From IMG/VR virus record IMGVR_UViG_3300005961_000014, positions 1 to 64,000 of that record: a stretch of 64,000 nucleotides of DNA; one strand, written 5' to 3'. The stretch's first letter is position 1. Every line of letters begins with the position of its first letter. The translations under genes and the position numbers were made by a program. Below the pieces are notes generated by a model. It had not been told where the DNA came from and made no database searches. It worked only from the letters and a program-made list of their open reading frames with translations. This document shows, piece after piece, positions 39,207 through 49,074 of this stretch. The DNA is from an uncultured virus (IMG/VR IMGVR_UViG_3300005961_000014). Its lineage: Duplodnaviria > Heunggongvirae > Uroviricota > Caudoviricetes.

Positions 39207-42200
39207 ATGAACCAACTGCAGCTCCAGGAAGTCAGCATCGAAGTTTTCATCGAGAAGTACGCCAAAAATGGCGAAGTTACACTGGATCAGAATCGGCGGC
39301 GTGTAGCCAAAGCGCTGGCCTCTGTCGAGAACGAAAATGTTCGCGAGGACTACGAAGAGCGCTTCTACTACGCTCTGGATAGTGGCTTCATTCCTGCCGG
39401 TCGTATCTCTTCGGCAGCCGGTACGAATATCCAAGCCACATTGATCAACTGCTTCGTCCAACCAATCGGTGACGCCATGCGCGGAATGGCAAAGGACGGG
39501 CGCCCGAGTATCATGAAAGCACTGGAGGAAGCAGCCGAAACCCTGCGTCGCGGCGGCGGGGTCGGTTACAACTTTTCGCATTTGCGACCCTGCGGTGGCT
39601 TTGTTTCGGCCACTAACTCTCGCTCTTCGGGACCCGTCAGTTTCATGCGCGTCTTTGACAAGACCTGTGAGACCGTTGAGTCAGCAGGGGCGCGCCGTGG
39701 TGCCCAGATGGGTGTACTCAACTGTGATCATCCGGACATCGAAGAGTTCATTCATGCCAAGGATACGGGTGATCTGAAGAACTTCAACATCTCGATTGCC
39801 GTGACTGATGCTTTCATGGAAGCTGTCGAAAAAGATGCCGACTTCCAACTGGTTCACGTTGCTGAACCGCACCCTGAGGTCATTGCTGAACTCGGTGCTT
39901 TCCAACGTGAAGACGGTATGTGGGTTTATCGAACGGTCAAAGCGCGTGCCCTTTGGGATCAGGTCATGCAATCGACCTATGACCATGCCGAGCCCGGTAT
40001 CCTCTACGTCGACCGCATGAATCAGGAAAACAACCTGTACTATTGCGAAGACATTGAGGCCACCAACCCGTGCGTGACCGGCGATACGCGCTTGGCTACC
40101 CAATATGGTTTGGTTCGGATGGACGAGCTCTATCGGTCTCAAGAGACCCTCCAAGTAACCGTCGACAAGCGTGCGCTTGGAACTGCACCCCGTGGTGTTG
40201 ATATCCGCCCGGCAGTGCCGGTGTTCATGACCGCCGAACTTGCCGATGTTTACCAAATTACGACACAGGCCGGATATACGATCAAGGCCACGGAGTGGCA
40301 CGATTTCTACACCACCCGGGGTAAGGTTAAACTGCGCGATCTGACGCTTGATGACGTTTTGTTGGTGCAAAGCGGGCTTGGTCAGTTCGGGACAGAGGGA
40401 AGTTACGAACTCGGGATGCTGATGGGACTGATTGCGGGCGATGGTCACTTCACCGCTCGGGGTAATGGAGTTGCCGCCTGCGTCGGGCTTTGGGGCGAGA
40501 ATCGTGCAGTGGCTTCAGAATGCGTTGCCGCTGTCAACCGTTTGATTCGCGATGAACCGCGTTACCGACGTGTTGAAAGCGTTTCCATCGAAGGTCGTGA
40601 CATGGAGTCCATTCGTTCGGTGGTGCTTGCCAGTGTTCTTGATCGGGATTTCGGTTTCAACGCACGGACAAAACTGGTTGTACCTGAAGTAGTTTGGAAG
40701 GGGTCTGAGAGCTGTGTTCGGGGCTATCTGCACGGCCTGTTTCAAACGGACGGAACCATCCTCGTCAATCAAGGTAGCAATACCTGTTCCATCCGTCTCT
40801 CCTCTATCTCCGAGGACTATCTGGGTGAGATCCAGATGTTGCTGGCTAACTTCGGGGTTTTCTCCACGATAAGACTCGCGCGGGTTGCCGGTTTCCGTGA
40901 ACTGCCGGATGGGCGCGGAGGGTACGCCAGCTATCCTTGCAAGGATAGCTATGAACTGATTGTTGATGGTGAGTCGCGAAATGCATTCGCTCAACATATC
41001 GGTTTTCTGCTTCCCGAGATGAACGATAAACTTCTTGCCTGGATGGACGGGAAGAAACTGTATAAGACGCAGTCCTTTACGGCCGCTATCACCAGCATCG
41101 AGTATATCGGGGTAGAGGCAGTTTATGATACCACTCAGGCCGACAATAATACGGTCATTTTTAATGGGTTGGTAACTGGACAGTGTGCGGAACAACCGTT
41201 GCCGAATTATGGTTGCTGTGATTTGGGTTCCATCAATCTGACGAAGTTAATCATCGACCCCTTCACGGAACGCGCAACGTTTGACACCGAGAAGTTCATT
41301 GAGGTTGTTGGGCTTGGTGTACGTATGCTTGACAACGTGCTCGATCTTACCTACTGGCCGTTGGAACAGCAGAAGGAACAGTCTGACTCCAAACGCCGGA
41401 TTGGTCTGGGGTTCACCGGTCTTGGCGATGCTCTGGTCATGATGAGAATCAAGTACAACTCTCCGGAAGGCCTCCACTTCGCTGAACAGGTCTCTCGAAT
41501 CATGCGTGATGAGGCCTATCGTGCATCGGTGAAGCTGGCTATCGAGAAAGGGGTGTTCCCGATGTTCGATGCCGACAAGTATCTGGATAGCGGCTTCGCA
41601 CGTCGACTGCCGGAGCACATCCGCGACTATATCCGAGCGAACGGTATTCGCAACAGCCATCTGCTGTCGATCGCGCCGACTGGAACCATTTCCTTGTCCT
41701 TCGCCGACAACGCCTCCAATGGTATTGAGCCAGCATTTAGCTGGACCTACAATCGCAAGAAGCGAATGGATGATGGTAGCAGCAAGATTCTGCCGGTTGA
41801 AGACCATGCGTGGCGCCTGTATCGCCATCTGGGTGGGGATGTCAACAATTTGCCGAGCTACTTCGTCACTGCTCTTGAAATGTCGGCTGACGACCATATG
41901 CGGATGCTGGAAGTGGTGCAACCCTATATCGACACCAGCATCTCCAAGACGGTGAATGTTCCGGCGGACTACCCGTACGAAGAGTTCAAGGACCTGTACT
42001 ACAACGGCTGGAAAGCCGGGCTGAAAGGTTTGGCTACGTATCGCCCCAACAACATCCTGGGTGCGGTCTTGTCTGTTGCCGAGGAACCGAAAGTGGGAGA
42101 CGAATTTCCGGTGGGTGCGTTGAAGGATCTGGATCCCCTGACGGTGAAGTTCAAATCACGCCCGGCCGGCGACCTTAATGCGATTACTCGCAAAATGGTG

Positions 42201-42800
42201 TACTACACGCTGGAAGGCGAGAAGAAGATCTATCTCTCGGTCTCGTTCATGGTTGTAGATGGTGTTCACAATGGTGAAGCCATCGCGATCGAACGCCCGA
42301 TCGAGTTCTTTGTCCCTGCGGGTCAGCAAGACGATTCTCAGCAATGGGTTGCTGCTACCATGCGGCTCCTGTCTCAGATTTCAAGGTCTGGAGCGTCGGT
42401 AGCAGATGCTCTGGCGGATCTGCGTGAAGTTGTCTGGGACAAGGGGTTGGTTCGTTATGGTCAGATTGATCGGCCGGATGGAAGTAAGGGTACCCGCCAT
42501 CATGAATCGGAAGTCGCCGCCTTGGCTTACGCATTGCAAGAAATGCTGCAAGAGCGCGGTTTTCTGGATACCAACTTCCGGACTGTTGATCTGAAGATCA
42601 TGTCGTCCATGAAAGCACTCACCATGTTCAGCAACACCATGGCAGCGATCAAGAATGCCGTTCAATCTGACGCTGAGATCAAAGGGGGTCTTCAAGTAAT
42701 GGGTGGGGCCAAGTGCGGCGAGTGTGGCGAGTTTGCAGTCATCAAGGTGGACGGCTGTAAGAAATGTACTTCCTGTGGTGCTATCGGCGCATGTGGTTAA
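39207..42800 (+). CDS. nrdJ: Class II (B12-dependent) ribonucleotide reductase with intein and fused C-terminal TSCPD/Zn-ribbon region
   Basis: PAGRI, NCFV, GGGVG, RRGAQM, TNPC|AEQ, RRIGLG, IAPTGT, SISKTVN, KG..TYR; CGEC..CKKCTSCG. Confidence 0.92.
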   Translation: MNQLQLQEVSIEVFIEKYAKNGEVTLDQNRRRVAKALASVENENVREDYEERFYYALDSGFIPAGRISSAAGTNIQATLINCFVQPIGDAMRGMAKDGRPSIMKALEEAAETLRRGGGVGYNFSHLRPCGGFVSATNSRSSGPVSFMRVFDKTCETVESAGARRGAQMGVLNCDHPDIEEFIHAKDTGDLKNFNISIAVTDAFMEAVEKDADFQLVHVAEPHPEVIAELGAFQREDGMWVYRTVKARALWDQVMQSTYDHAEPGILYVDRMNQENNLYYCEDIEATNPCVTGDTRLATQYGLVRMDELYRSQETLQVTVDKRALGTAPRGVDIRPAVPVFMTAELADVYQITTQAGYTIKATEWHDFYTTRGKVKLRDLTLDDVLLVQSGLGQFGTEGSYELGMLMGLIAGDGHFTARGNGVAACVGLWGENRAVASECVAAVNRLIRDEPRYRRVESVSIEGRDMESIRSVVLASVLDRDFGFNARTKLVVPEVVWKGSESCVRGYLHGLFQTDGTILVNQGSNTCSIRLSSISEDYLGEIQMLLANFGVFSTIRLARVAGFRELPDGRGGYASYPCKDSYELIVDGESRNAFAQHIGFLLPEMNDKLLAWMDGKKLYKTQSFTAAITSIEYIGVEAVYDTTQADNNTVIFNGLVTGQCAEQPLPNYGCCDLGSINLTKLIIDPFTERATFDTEKFIEVVGLGVRMLDNVLDLTYWPLEQQKEQSDSKRRIGLGFTGLGDALVMMRIKYNSPEGLHFAEQVSRIMRDEAYRASVKLAIEKGVFPMFDADKYLDSGFARRLPEHIRDYIRANGIRNSHLLSIAPTGTISLSFADNASNGIEPAFSWTYNRKKRMDDGSSKILPVEDHAWRLYRHLGGDVNNLPSYFVTALEMSADDHMRMLEVVQPYIDTSISKTVNVPADYPYEEFKDLYYNGWKAGLKGLATYRPNNILGAVLSVAEEPKVGDEFPVGALKDLDPLTVKFKSRPAGDLNAITRKMVYYTLEGEKKIYLSVSFMVVDGVHNGEAIAIERPIEFFVPAGQQDDSQQWVAATMRLLSQISRSGASVADALADLREVVWDKGLVRYGQIDRPDGSKGTRHHESEVAALAYALQEMLQERGFLDTNFRTVDLKIMSSMKALTMFSNTMAAIKNAVQSDAEIKGGLQVMGGAKCGECGEFAVIKVDGCKKCTSCGAIGACG
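40071..41183 (+). mobile_element. Intein (371 aa) with LAGLIDADG homing endonuclease
   Basis: Starts CVTGDT, block B AT.WH, LMGLIAGDG and LHGLFQTDG, VYD block F, ends TGQ before extein Cys. Confidence 0.9.
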
Positions 42801-42869
42801 ACGCAGCACTTTCTAGTTACGTACTACTAGGTTGATGTGACTAAACCTAGTAGTACGTGGAGTACCAAC

Positions 42870-43250
42870 ATGAATCGTAAACCTGTAGTGCTTGTTGTTG
42901 TGGAAGGAGGTGTTGTGCAGTCGGTGGCAGCGCCGAAGACAGTGCAGGTAACCGTGCGCGACTATGACAACATTAAACAGGGTGATCCTATTCCCTGTGT
43001 CTGGTGTCAGCAGGAAACCATAACAGGTTGTTTTGATGGAGTGGATGATAACATCTGCCCTCATTGTAATAACCCGACTATACCGAAGCAATTCTCCGCG
43101 GTTGAAATGTGGAAGGAGTTCATCTGCATCAGCGGTGGAAAGTGGAAACGCATCAGTGCTAACATGGCTGAGTGCATGGAAAATGATTCAGGCTTCATTG
43201 TTGGGGACAAGGTCATTTTCAAACAAGGCGACGTTGTCTTCCCGTACTAA
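42870..43250 (+). CDS. Hypothetical Zn-ribbon protein
   Basis: CVWC...CPHC; GGAG RBS. Confidence 0.6.
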   Translation: MNRKPVVLVVVEGGVVQSVAAPKTVQVTVRDYDNIKQGDPIPCVWCQQETITGCFDGVDDNICPHCNNPTIPKQFSAVEMWKEFICISGGKWKRISANMAECMENDSGFIVGDKVIFKQGDVVFPY

Positions 43251-43300
43251 CGGCATAGCAGCTAGGAGAGAGGTAACCCCTCTCTCCTAGCTGTATGTCA
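43250..43300. terminator. Bidirectional hairpin between convergent genes
   Basis: CAGCTAGGAGAGAGG-TAACC-CCTCTCTCCTAGCTG flanked by GGCATA/TATGTC. Confidence 0.75.
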
Positions 43301-43315
43301 CTTTGTTTTTTGCCC

Positions 43316-43777
43316 TCATTTGGGTTTCCTGTCCACCACAACACTCCACAGCATGTAGATGTTCTGCGGTGTAATACGATACCCGTCTTCCAGCATAAAC
43401 AAGGGAGTTCCGCCAGCAGCAAATGCCCAGGCAATCAACTCACTGCAGAACCAGCTGTCATCTTCCTGCCAGTTCCTGTCACGCATCAAGATACCAACCA
43501 GCCCCGTTTTGTCATACGGTTTATCGATTTGTGTGCGTGCTGCATCAATAATAGCTTGGCGACTATGACACTGGTATTCCTTAACGATCCAATCGCTGGA
43601 GCGTTCCAGAAATACATCCAGAGACGTTTCCTTGACTCCTCCGTGTGACCATGTAGACTCAATGACTGTGTCGCCTACCAGAATACCAACATGACTCCAC
43701 TCGGACCATGTCACCATCTGGATCAGAGGACTCAGAGGAAGTTTAGACTTGCTGTATATAAGCCGAATCGTTTCCAC
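43316..43777 (-). CDS. Permuted papain-like amidase (YiiX/YaeF, NlpC/P60 superfamily)
   Basis: WSHVGI, KPYD, WFCSEL, ITP motifs; GTG start after GGAG. Confidence 0.8.
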   Translation of the reverse strand: METIRLIYSKSKLPLSPLIQMVTWSEWSHVGILVGDTVIESTWSHGGVKETSLDVFLERSSDWIVKEYQCHSRQAIIDAARTQIDKPYDKTGLVGILMRDRNWQEDDSWFCSELIAWAFAAGGTPLFMLEDGYRITPQNIYMLWSVVVDRKPK

Positions 43778-43778
43778 G

Positions 43779-44426
43779 TTATTCTCCAAAGACCTGGGGC
43801 CAGTTGGTGGTGTAGTCGTAGTTCAGAGGATCGGGATTGGCTTCCATCATCAGGCGATGTTCTTCAGCCTTGGCGAAACAGGCTGAGGTGATATCCATAT
43901 CGGCCGCAAAGATCTGGAAAGCCACGGTGTAGTCAAGGAGTAGAAAGATAGGCTGACCAGCGCCGTTAACTTCCATGGTTTTCCACAGCTTACCACTGGG
44001 GAAGGCTGGGAGGGTTGTGATGCCAACCACTACCTTCAGCACGTGGAGAATAGCAGCACCTAGCAAGCCCAGGTGCAGTGAGCGACTCACCTCATCAGAA
44101 TGAACCCAATAAGGGTTCCCACCCACAATGATCTTCACACCCAGATACTGTCGATACTGGCGGTAGTCTTTGATCTTTTCCCAAGTGGTGTCTCGCCCGT
44201 CTTGCAGGAGCTTAGGGCTAAACTCCCACGTGGTTCCATTCCATGCGTGGTACGGATCTGGACGCGGGCAATGAACGATCTCGTCGTTCAACCACTTGTA
44301 GTTGTACTGGGCTTGTTTGACCAAGGCAAAAAGAACATCATCCTGATACTCAATCCCGCCATCGAGAGCCTCGTCAGAAACGGTGACTAAGTCACCCAAT
44401 GCATTTGCAACAAAATAACTCATCAC
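43779..44426 (-). CDS. Tail fibre assembly/DUF4376-like protein
   Basis: PRP..YH.W.G..W, WEKIK..R, W.HSD..SR, WKTM, P..YDY...WP. Confidence 0.65.
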   Translation of the reverse strand: MMSYFVANALGDLVTVSDEALDGGIEYQDDVLFALVKQAQYNYKWLNDEIVHCPRPDPYHAWNGTTWEFSPKLLQDGRDTTWEKIKDYRQYRQYLGVKIIVGGNPYWVHSDEVSRSLHLGLLGAAILHVLKVVVGITTLPAFPSGKLWKTMEVNGAGQPIFLLLDYTVAFQIFAADMDITSACFAKAEEHRLMMEANPDPLNYDYTTNWPQVFGE

Positions 44427-44432
44427 CTACTC

Positions 44433-45050
44433 CTATATCTGACAGATTTCCCCATGCTCAGCAGTCATCAGGTTGCCAGCATTGCTGCTGCTATATCGCC
44501 CACCTACTGCGACTACAAGAGAAGTAGTTGTGTCTCGCGTGTTAACGGTTGGAGCACTGGTTCTGGGAAAAACTGTAGTAGCAGTGGTATGAGACAGTGC
44601 ATCAGCAGCGCAGACTAAGGCACCGGAACCACCTATGCTTCTGACAACAATGCGTCCGCGAACTACAAAAGGTTGATTCGTGATCCCAGTTCCTGGTGTG
44701 AACGAGAGGGTAATACATTGAGTACCACCAATAGATACCCAATACTCAATAACTGAGCCACCTGAGTTTGTCTTGGTGTTACGTCCGTGTATGGTGAACT
44801 CCAAGACATCACCTACCTGCAAACGATTAGCCGGAACTGTTAAAGTCATCAGCGTAAAGTTTGCAGTGGTCGAGGCACCGCCTGTCACTGGAGAGGTCAG
44901 TACCGTACGTAATGTGCGTACAGATAGAAGACTCTGGAGTTTTCCAATAGCCTGATCAATGGTGTCACCCAACTGGATCAGGCTATTATGCACCGGAGTC
45001 GTCATGACCGTTGTGACTGTCGACATGAACTTCCAGAGTCTCTGTGTCAT
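44433..45050 (-). CDS. Putative fibre/structural protein (beta-rich)
   Basis: DTIDQAIGKLQ neck motif; Thr/Gly-rich. Confidence 0.5.
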   Translation of the reverse strand: MTQRLWKFMSTVTTVMTTPVHNSLIQLGDTIDQAIGKLQSLLSVRTLRTVLTSPVTGGASTTANFTLMTLTVPANRLQVGDVLEFTIHGRNTKTNSGGSVIEYWVSIGGTQCITLSFTPGTGITNQPFVVRGRIVVRSIGGSGALVCAADALSHTTATTVFPRTSAPTVNTRDTTTSLVVAVGGRYSSSNAGNLMTAEHGEICQI

Positions 45051-45065
45051 GACTTACCTCAGGGC

Positions 45066-46133
45066 TTACCAGGACTCACCGATCAGTTCAACGATGTCAC
45101 CGGCGACCAATTCCGACACGCCACCGATGGCCAGACCACCCGTAAAGGTAACACGAGTCTTACTGGAGGCGCCGCCGGTGTAGTTGACCGTGAAGTCAAC
45201 CGTTTCTTGCTGGAAGCCACCGCCAGCCACCCAGAGCTGCACACCACCTTGGCTGAGCACCACTGTGGCATCGATGTAGCCGTTCAGGATATCCTGCGCG
45301 GTCAGCGTAACGGCCTGCTTGTAGGGCTTCTTCGCCATCACAGCGCCTGTGGACGAATCCCGGCGAGTGGTCTGGTCTTTCTCCAACGCAGCAGTGTCAA
45401 CCTTTACGCGCAACTGACCGTTGACGTTGCCGGGGTTAGTGGATTCCAAACCACCCAGGGAGGCCAGGTCGACAGACAGCGTGTTACCAGTCTTGGTAAC
45501 CATGTCGCCGCCAGACAGAGCTTGGACAGTCGGGTTCAGCGTGAAAGTCAGCACCGTGGTGTTGATCACAATGGGGTCAGCGTTGGCCACAATCGCTTCC
45601 CAGCCGGAGTACACCGTACCGGAAATGATCTTGAAGTAGGCGCCGGAAGTCACTTCCTTGCCCAGCGGGTCATCCACTTGGTCAAAGTCAGCGGCTCGGG
45701 TCAGGGTGTAGGTACCCCCCGAGATTGCCACATTGTAAACACCGTTCTGGATGCCGGTGGTTTGGTTACCCAGACCCAGACGCATCCCGTCGGTCAGGGT
45801 GCCGCTATCGACCACCAACGGGGTCGAGCCAGTCAAGGGGACGTTGACATCGGAGTAGAAGTTAACGGCGTCCTTGGGATCGGTCTTGCCGGCGACGAAG
45901 TTGGTGATGTATTCCACCGTCACCAGATCTTTCGGTGCAGACGGCATGGCCAGAGCACTGTTGAGCTGAGGGATGCGTTGGAACTCCAGAACGTTGGCGG
46001 TTGTGAGCTTCAGAATGTCCAGCTTGGTCGTTCCGTCCTGCGCAAAGCTGCGCAAGGTTTCGTTGTTCCGCAGCAGGATCTTGGCGCCGGTCACGGCGTC
46101 GTCTTGGATGAACTTCGTGGTGCGTTGAGTCAT
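45066..46133 (-). CDS. Putative head/tail fibre structural protein
   Basis: I.DDAVT.AKI, NQT...QNGVY...LTRA.DFD motif common in phage fibre proteins. Confidence 0.6.
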   Translation of the reverse strand: MTQRTTKFIQDDAVTGAKILLRNNETLRSFAQDGTTKLDILKLTTANVLEFQRIPQLNSALAMPSAPKDLVTVEYITNFVAGKTDPKDAVNFYSDVNVPLTGSTPLVVDSGTLTDGMRLGLGNQTTGIQNGVYNVAISGGTYTLTRAADFDQVDDPLGKEVTSGAYFKIISGTVYSGWEAIVANADPIVINTTVLTFTLNPTVQALSGGDMVTKTGNTLSVDLASLGGLESTNPGNVNGQLRVKVDTAALEKDQTTRRDSSTGAVMAKKPYKQAVTLTAQDILNGYIDATVVLSQGGVQLWVAGGGFQQETVDFTVNYTGGASSKTRVTFTGGLAIGGVSELVAGDIVELIGESW

Positions 46134-46216
46134 GATAAATCCTCATGAGGTGGGTGTGAGAAAAAACAGAATGCAACATATTACGATACCAACCACTATT
46201 CGCTGGAGAAATAACA

Positions 46217-46600
46217 ATGGCGGTTATCAATTTGACAGGTCGAGCTATCCCGTATCAAGTCGGGCAGCATCGTGTCGTGTTTCCAGAACATCGTAATCAG
46301 GATGACCAAGTCGTTGTCCTACAGATCCTTACAGAGTTGTACGACTGTGAGGATGTTTCGTTCAGCTTCCGATCATCAGAAACAGAGCAAGGTGAAGTAT
46401 CTGAAATCATTACCCCGGTGCTGATCAGTCGCTCACAAGTATCGCTGCCCGCCGTGGGAGGTGATGATATCATCTTGGTGAATGAAATGCACTTACCCGC
46501 ATGTCGAAACATGGCGCGGGTTTACGCCCCTCATGAGTTAACGGCCGTCCTTGATGGGGGAGGTAATGTTCTATACTACACACATCTGATCTCTAGTTAA
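46217..46600 (+). CDS. Hypothetical protein
   Basis: GGAG RBS; VINLT...I N-terminus. Confidence 0.6.
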   Translation: MAVINLTGRAIPYQVGQHRVVFPEHRNQDDQVVVLQILTELYDCEDVSFSFRSSETEQGEVSEIITPVLISRSQVSLPAVGGDDIILVNEMHLPACRNMARVYAPHELTAVLDGGGNVLYYTHLISS

Positions 46601-47094
46601 GTCACCGTTCTGGCGTAACGGATATTAACAACATCTCCTTCTTCGAGAAGGAGTTCCAACGCCAGATTGTTCCAGTTGACTTCACGACCTGTTACGGTGT
46701 AATCCACGTCCAGTCGCTGCATATCACCGTGATACGGCGTGATGCGGACTGTGTCGCGACTTGGATCATTGATTAAGATCAATCGCTTGTTCTGAAGATC
46801 ATTGTCCGTAATGATGTAGTCATAATCGTCATATCCAGCCCCATTGAGCGCCTGGACATCCACGGGTAAATACGTGACCGTGGAGAGTAGACGAGAGCGA
46901 ACGAAGAAACGTGAGCCGCCCAAGATTGTAGTCATGGTTCCTGGCAACGGGAATCCTTCGTCGCTGGCTCTTGGGAGATCATTGCTATATAGGTAGTGAA
47001 CCGGTGCACCTGACACCCGCTGCATCAGGGCGCCTTGCGGAATATCCGTAATCTCTACCCATGCTTTTTGCAGAATAATAGTACGGGCATCCAT
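46597..47094 (-). CDS. Putative structural protein
   Basis: C-terminal DY.V.G..V.W...L.EGD.V.I.Y resembles the C-terminal domain of 45066-46133. Confidence 0.5.
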   Translation of the reverse strand: MDARTIILQKAWVEITDIPQGALMQRVSGAPVHYLYSNDLPRASDEGFPLPGTMTTILGGSRFFVRSRLLSTVTYLPVDVQALNGAGYDDYDYIITDNDLQNKRLILINDPSRDTVRITPYHGDMQRLDVDYTVTGREVNWNNLALELLLEEGDVVNIRYARTVT

Positions 47095-47228
47095 TTGGAC
47101 TCCCCCCCCATGGTGGTGTTTTACAAATACGTCATAAGATGACCCTTCAAACCACGGCGTAAAGGTATTCAACTACGTGTTGGATACACATCACCTATCA
47201 GAATTCCTTCCTTATATAGGAGACCCCC

Positions 47229-47714
47229 ATGTTTGCATACGTCAACCTCCGTCACGACAAACTCCCCACTATGCTATTTCGTGTCAAGCGCGGGAATCGC
47301 TATATCATCTATTGCCGTAATATCTTAGGACTGACAGCATGTGGTGTATCCGCTAGGGTAGCGAAACAGCGTTACAGAGAAGTGGTTCAGCGCGTAATAC
47401 TTATCTGTAAACAGGTGGGTGATCACATGCATCGACGCACGATGGATCTCTATCAGAAAATGGAAGCGGGAGATAACATACCCGTGGAGGCTGATGAAAC
47501 ACTGTACACCATCATGTCCTTAACCATGGCGAAGCGGCTGGATGCTCTCGCTGAAGGCCTGAAGGGTCTAGAGTCACCCCTATTCCAACCGGGTGAGAAA
47601 GAAACCCTGCTGGCTGAAATGCAGGCGTTGTTAGCACTGCATACTCGTGAAGACTTTGCGAGTAGTCAAGAACACGTCAACATCCGTCGTTCTAAAAAAA
47701 AAATGACGGCATAA
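47229..47714 (+). CDS. Hypothetical protein
   Basis: AGGAG RBS; promoter-like motif at 47181. Confidence 0.6.
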   Translation: MFAYVNLRHDKLPTMLFRVKRGNRYIIYCRNILGLTACGVSARVAKQRYREVVQRVILICKQVGDHMHRRTMDLYQKMEAGDNIPVEADETLYTIMSLTMAKRLDALAEGLKGLESPLFQPGEKETLLAEMQALLALHTREDFASSQEHVNIRRSKKKMTA

Positions 47715-47851
47715 ACCCCCTTACCCCCATTGCGCTAACGAATCGATCCTGATTCGTTTTGGGAGACTGCAAAAAAAAAATGCGGTACTCTAGCGCATAT
47801 GACTAGGGAAAGCTGTAAAATTTTACATACCAACTCTTACGGAGAATCCTC

Positions 47852-48277
47852 ATGGATACCCAGATGATCCCAACCGTTGTGATAACCTGTCTGATCGCGT
47901 TGATCGCTATCGCCATCTGGCGATACCTCTGCGACATCAAGCGAGCCATGGTCTTGATCGAGCCATGTGCTAACACCCTGGATGAACTTCTGGATCGCGT
48001 CCGCTGGAAGCAGCACTCGCATTCCCGGAGCCTGGAATACTCGTTGACCCGATCGGGGATCTGGGACATCCTCCGAACATTGGATCGGATTGGTATCGAG
48101 AACCGGATTGATCGCTATGCGCTCACCAGTGCGCTTAACGCCTTGTGTCGACACGATGTCCAGTGGGTGGCCAGCCCACGAGGGTTCGGGGTAATTTTCG
48201 ACGAAGGTGCGCTAGTGGGAACGATTCACTGGAATCTGAACGATCGATCCATCGAAACGGTTGAGGGGTCCGTCTAG
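47852..48277 (+). CDS. Hypothetical membrane-anchored protein
   Basis: N-terminal TM segment; GGAG RBS. Confidence 0.65.
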   Translation: MDTQMIPTVVITCLIALIAIAIWRYLCDIKRAMVLIEPCANTLDELLDRVRWKQHSHSRSLEYSLTRSGIWDILRTLDRIGIENRIDRYALTSALNALCRHDVQWVASPRGFGVIFDEGALVGTIHWNLNDRSIETVEGSV

Positions 48278-48279
48278 CT

Positions 48280-49070
48280 TGATGATTCTCTGGGAGCCGT
48301 TTTAAGACCCCTCAAATACCTGGGTAGTACCTTAGTACTCCCGGGGGGTTTTATGCCGCTAGAATCTTCTCGTACGAAGTCCTAGCGGTATTTTCAAACT
48401 AGGTTTAGGGTGTTAGTTTTTTCTTTGGCTGAAAACGGGTTACGAAACCCATGCCTTCCTTAACGCCCGCGCTACTGAAGGATCGCGCGCGCCCTAAGAG
48501 TACTCACAAAACAAGTAGCGGCACTGGCCGTGTTTGAATAGATTCTGGGGGTGACGGCTGTCACATGCAGTTGCCCTGGTGGAAAAACTGCGTGTTTTTA
48601 ACGATTTCAGACTGAATCTGATCGAAATTCGAACCATCTGAATACCAGCCGGGGCTCAAACCCCGGCGGCAGAGTTCAGATTTGTGTTTTTGCCAGAGCA
48701 AAAACCTTGGTCAGATCGATTTTGATGCACTTCGGGGTCGTTGACCCCTCGTGATCAATTTAGATTATTTATAATCTTAACTTAGGGGATATTTTACGTT
48801 AGTAAAATATAAATCTAAAACAATAAATAATTTACTATACGTAATACTACGTAGTAGTATTACAAAGAAGCGGGCGCAGGCGTGATGTGCGCGCACGCGG
48901 TATAGAGTACGCGGATGCGCAGAATGCGCACACGCTAGTTGGAACCTGCGCGCGGTATAGAGTTTCGCGCACATACTGGAAGAAGACCTCTGGATCGTCA
49001 GTGAAAAATAACTGCTGATGTGATACTATGCGACGAGTCATTCGTGATTCCAAAACCAAACTGGGAGATC
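48280..49070. other. Long non-coding region with AT-rich core, palindromes and direct repeats (origin-like)
   Basis: No credible ORF; AT-rich 48755-48865; CGCGGTATAGAGT twice. Confidence 0.45.
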
Positions 49071-49074
49071 CAGC

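Noticed and set aside
44988..46148. 386-aa plus-strand ORF
   Set aside because: Antisense to the fibre gene, which has clear structural motifs.
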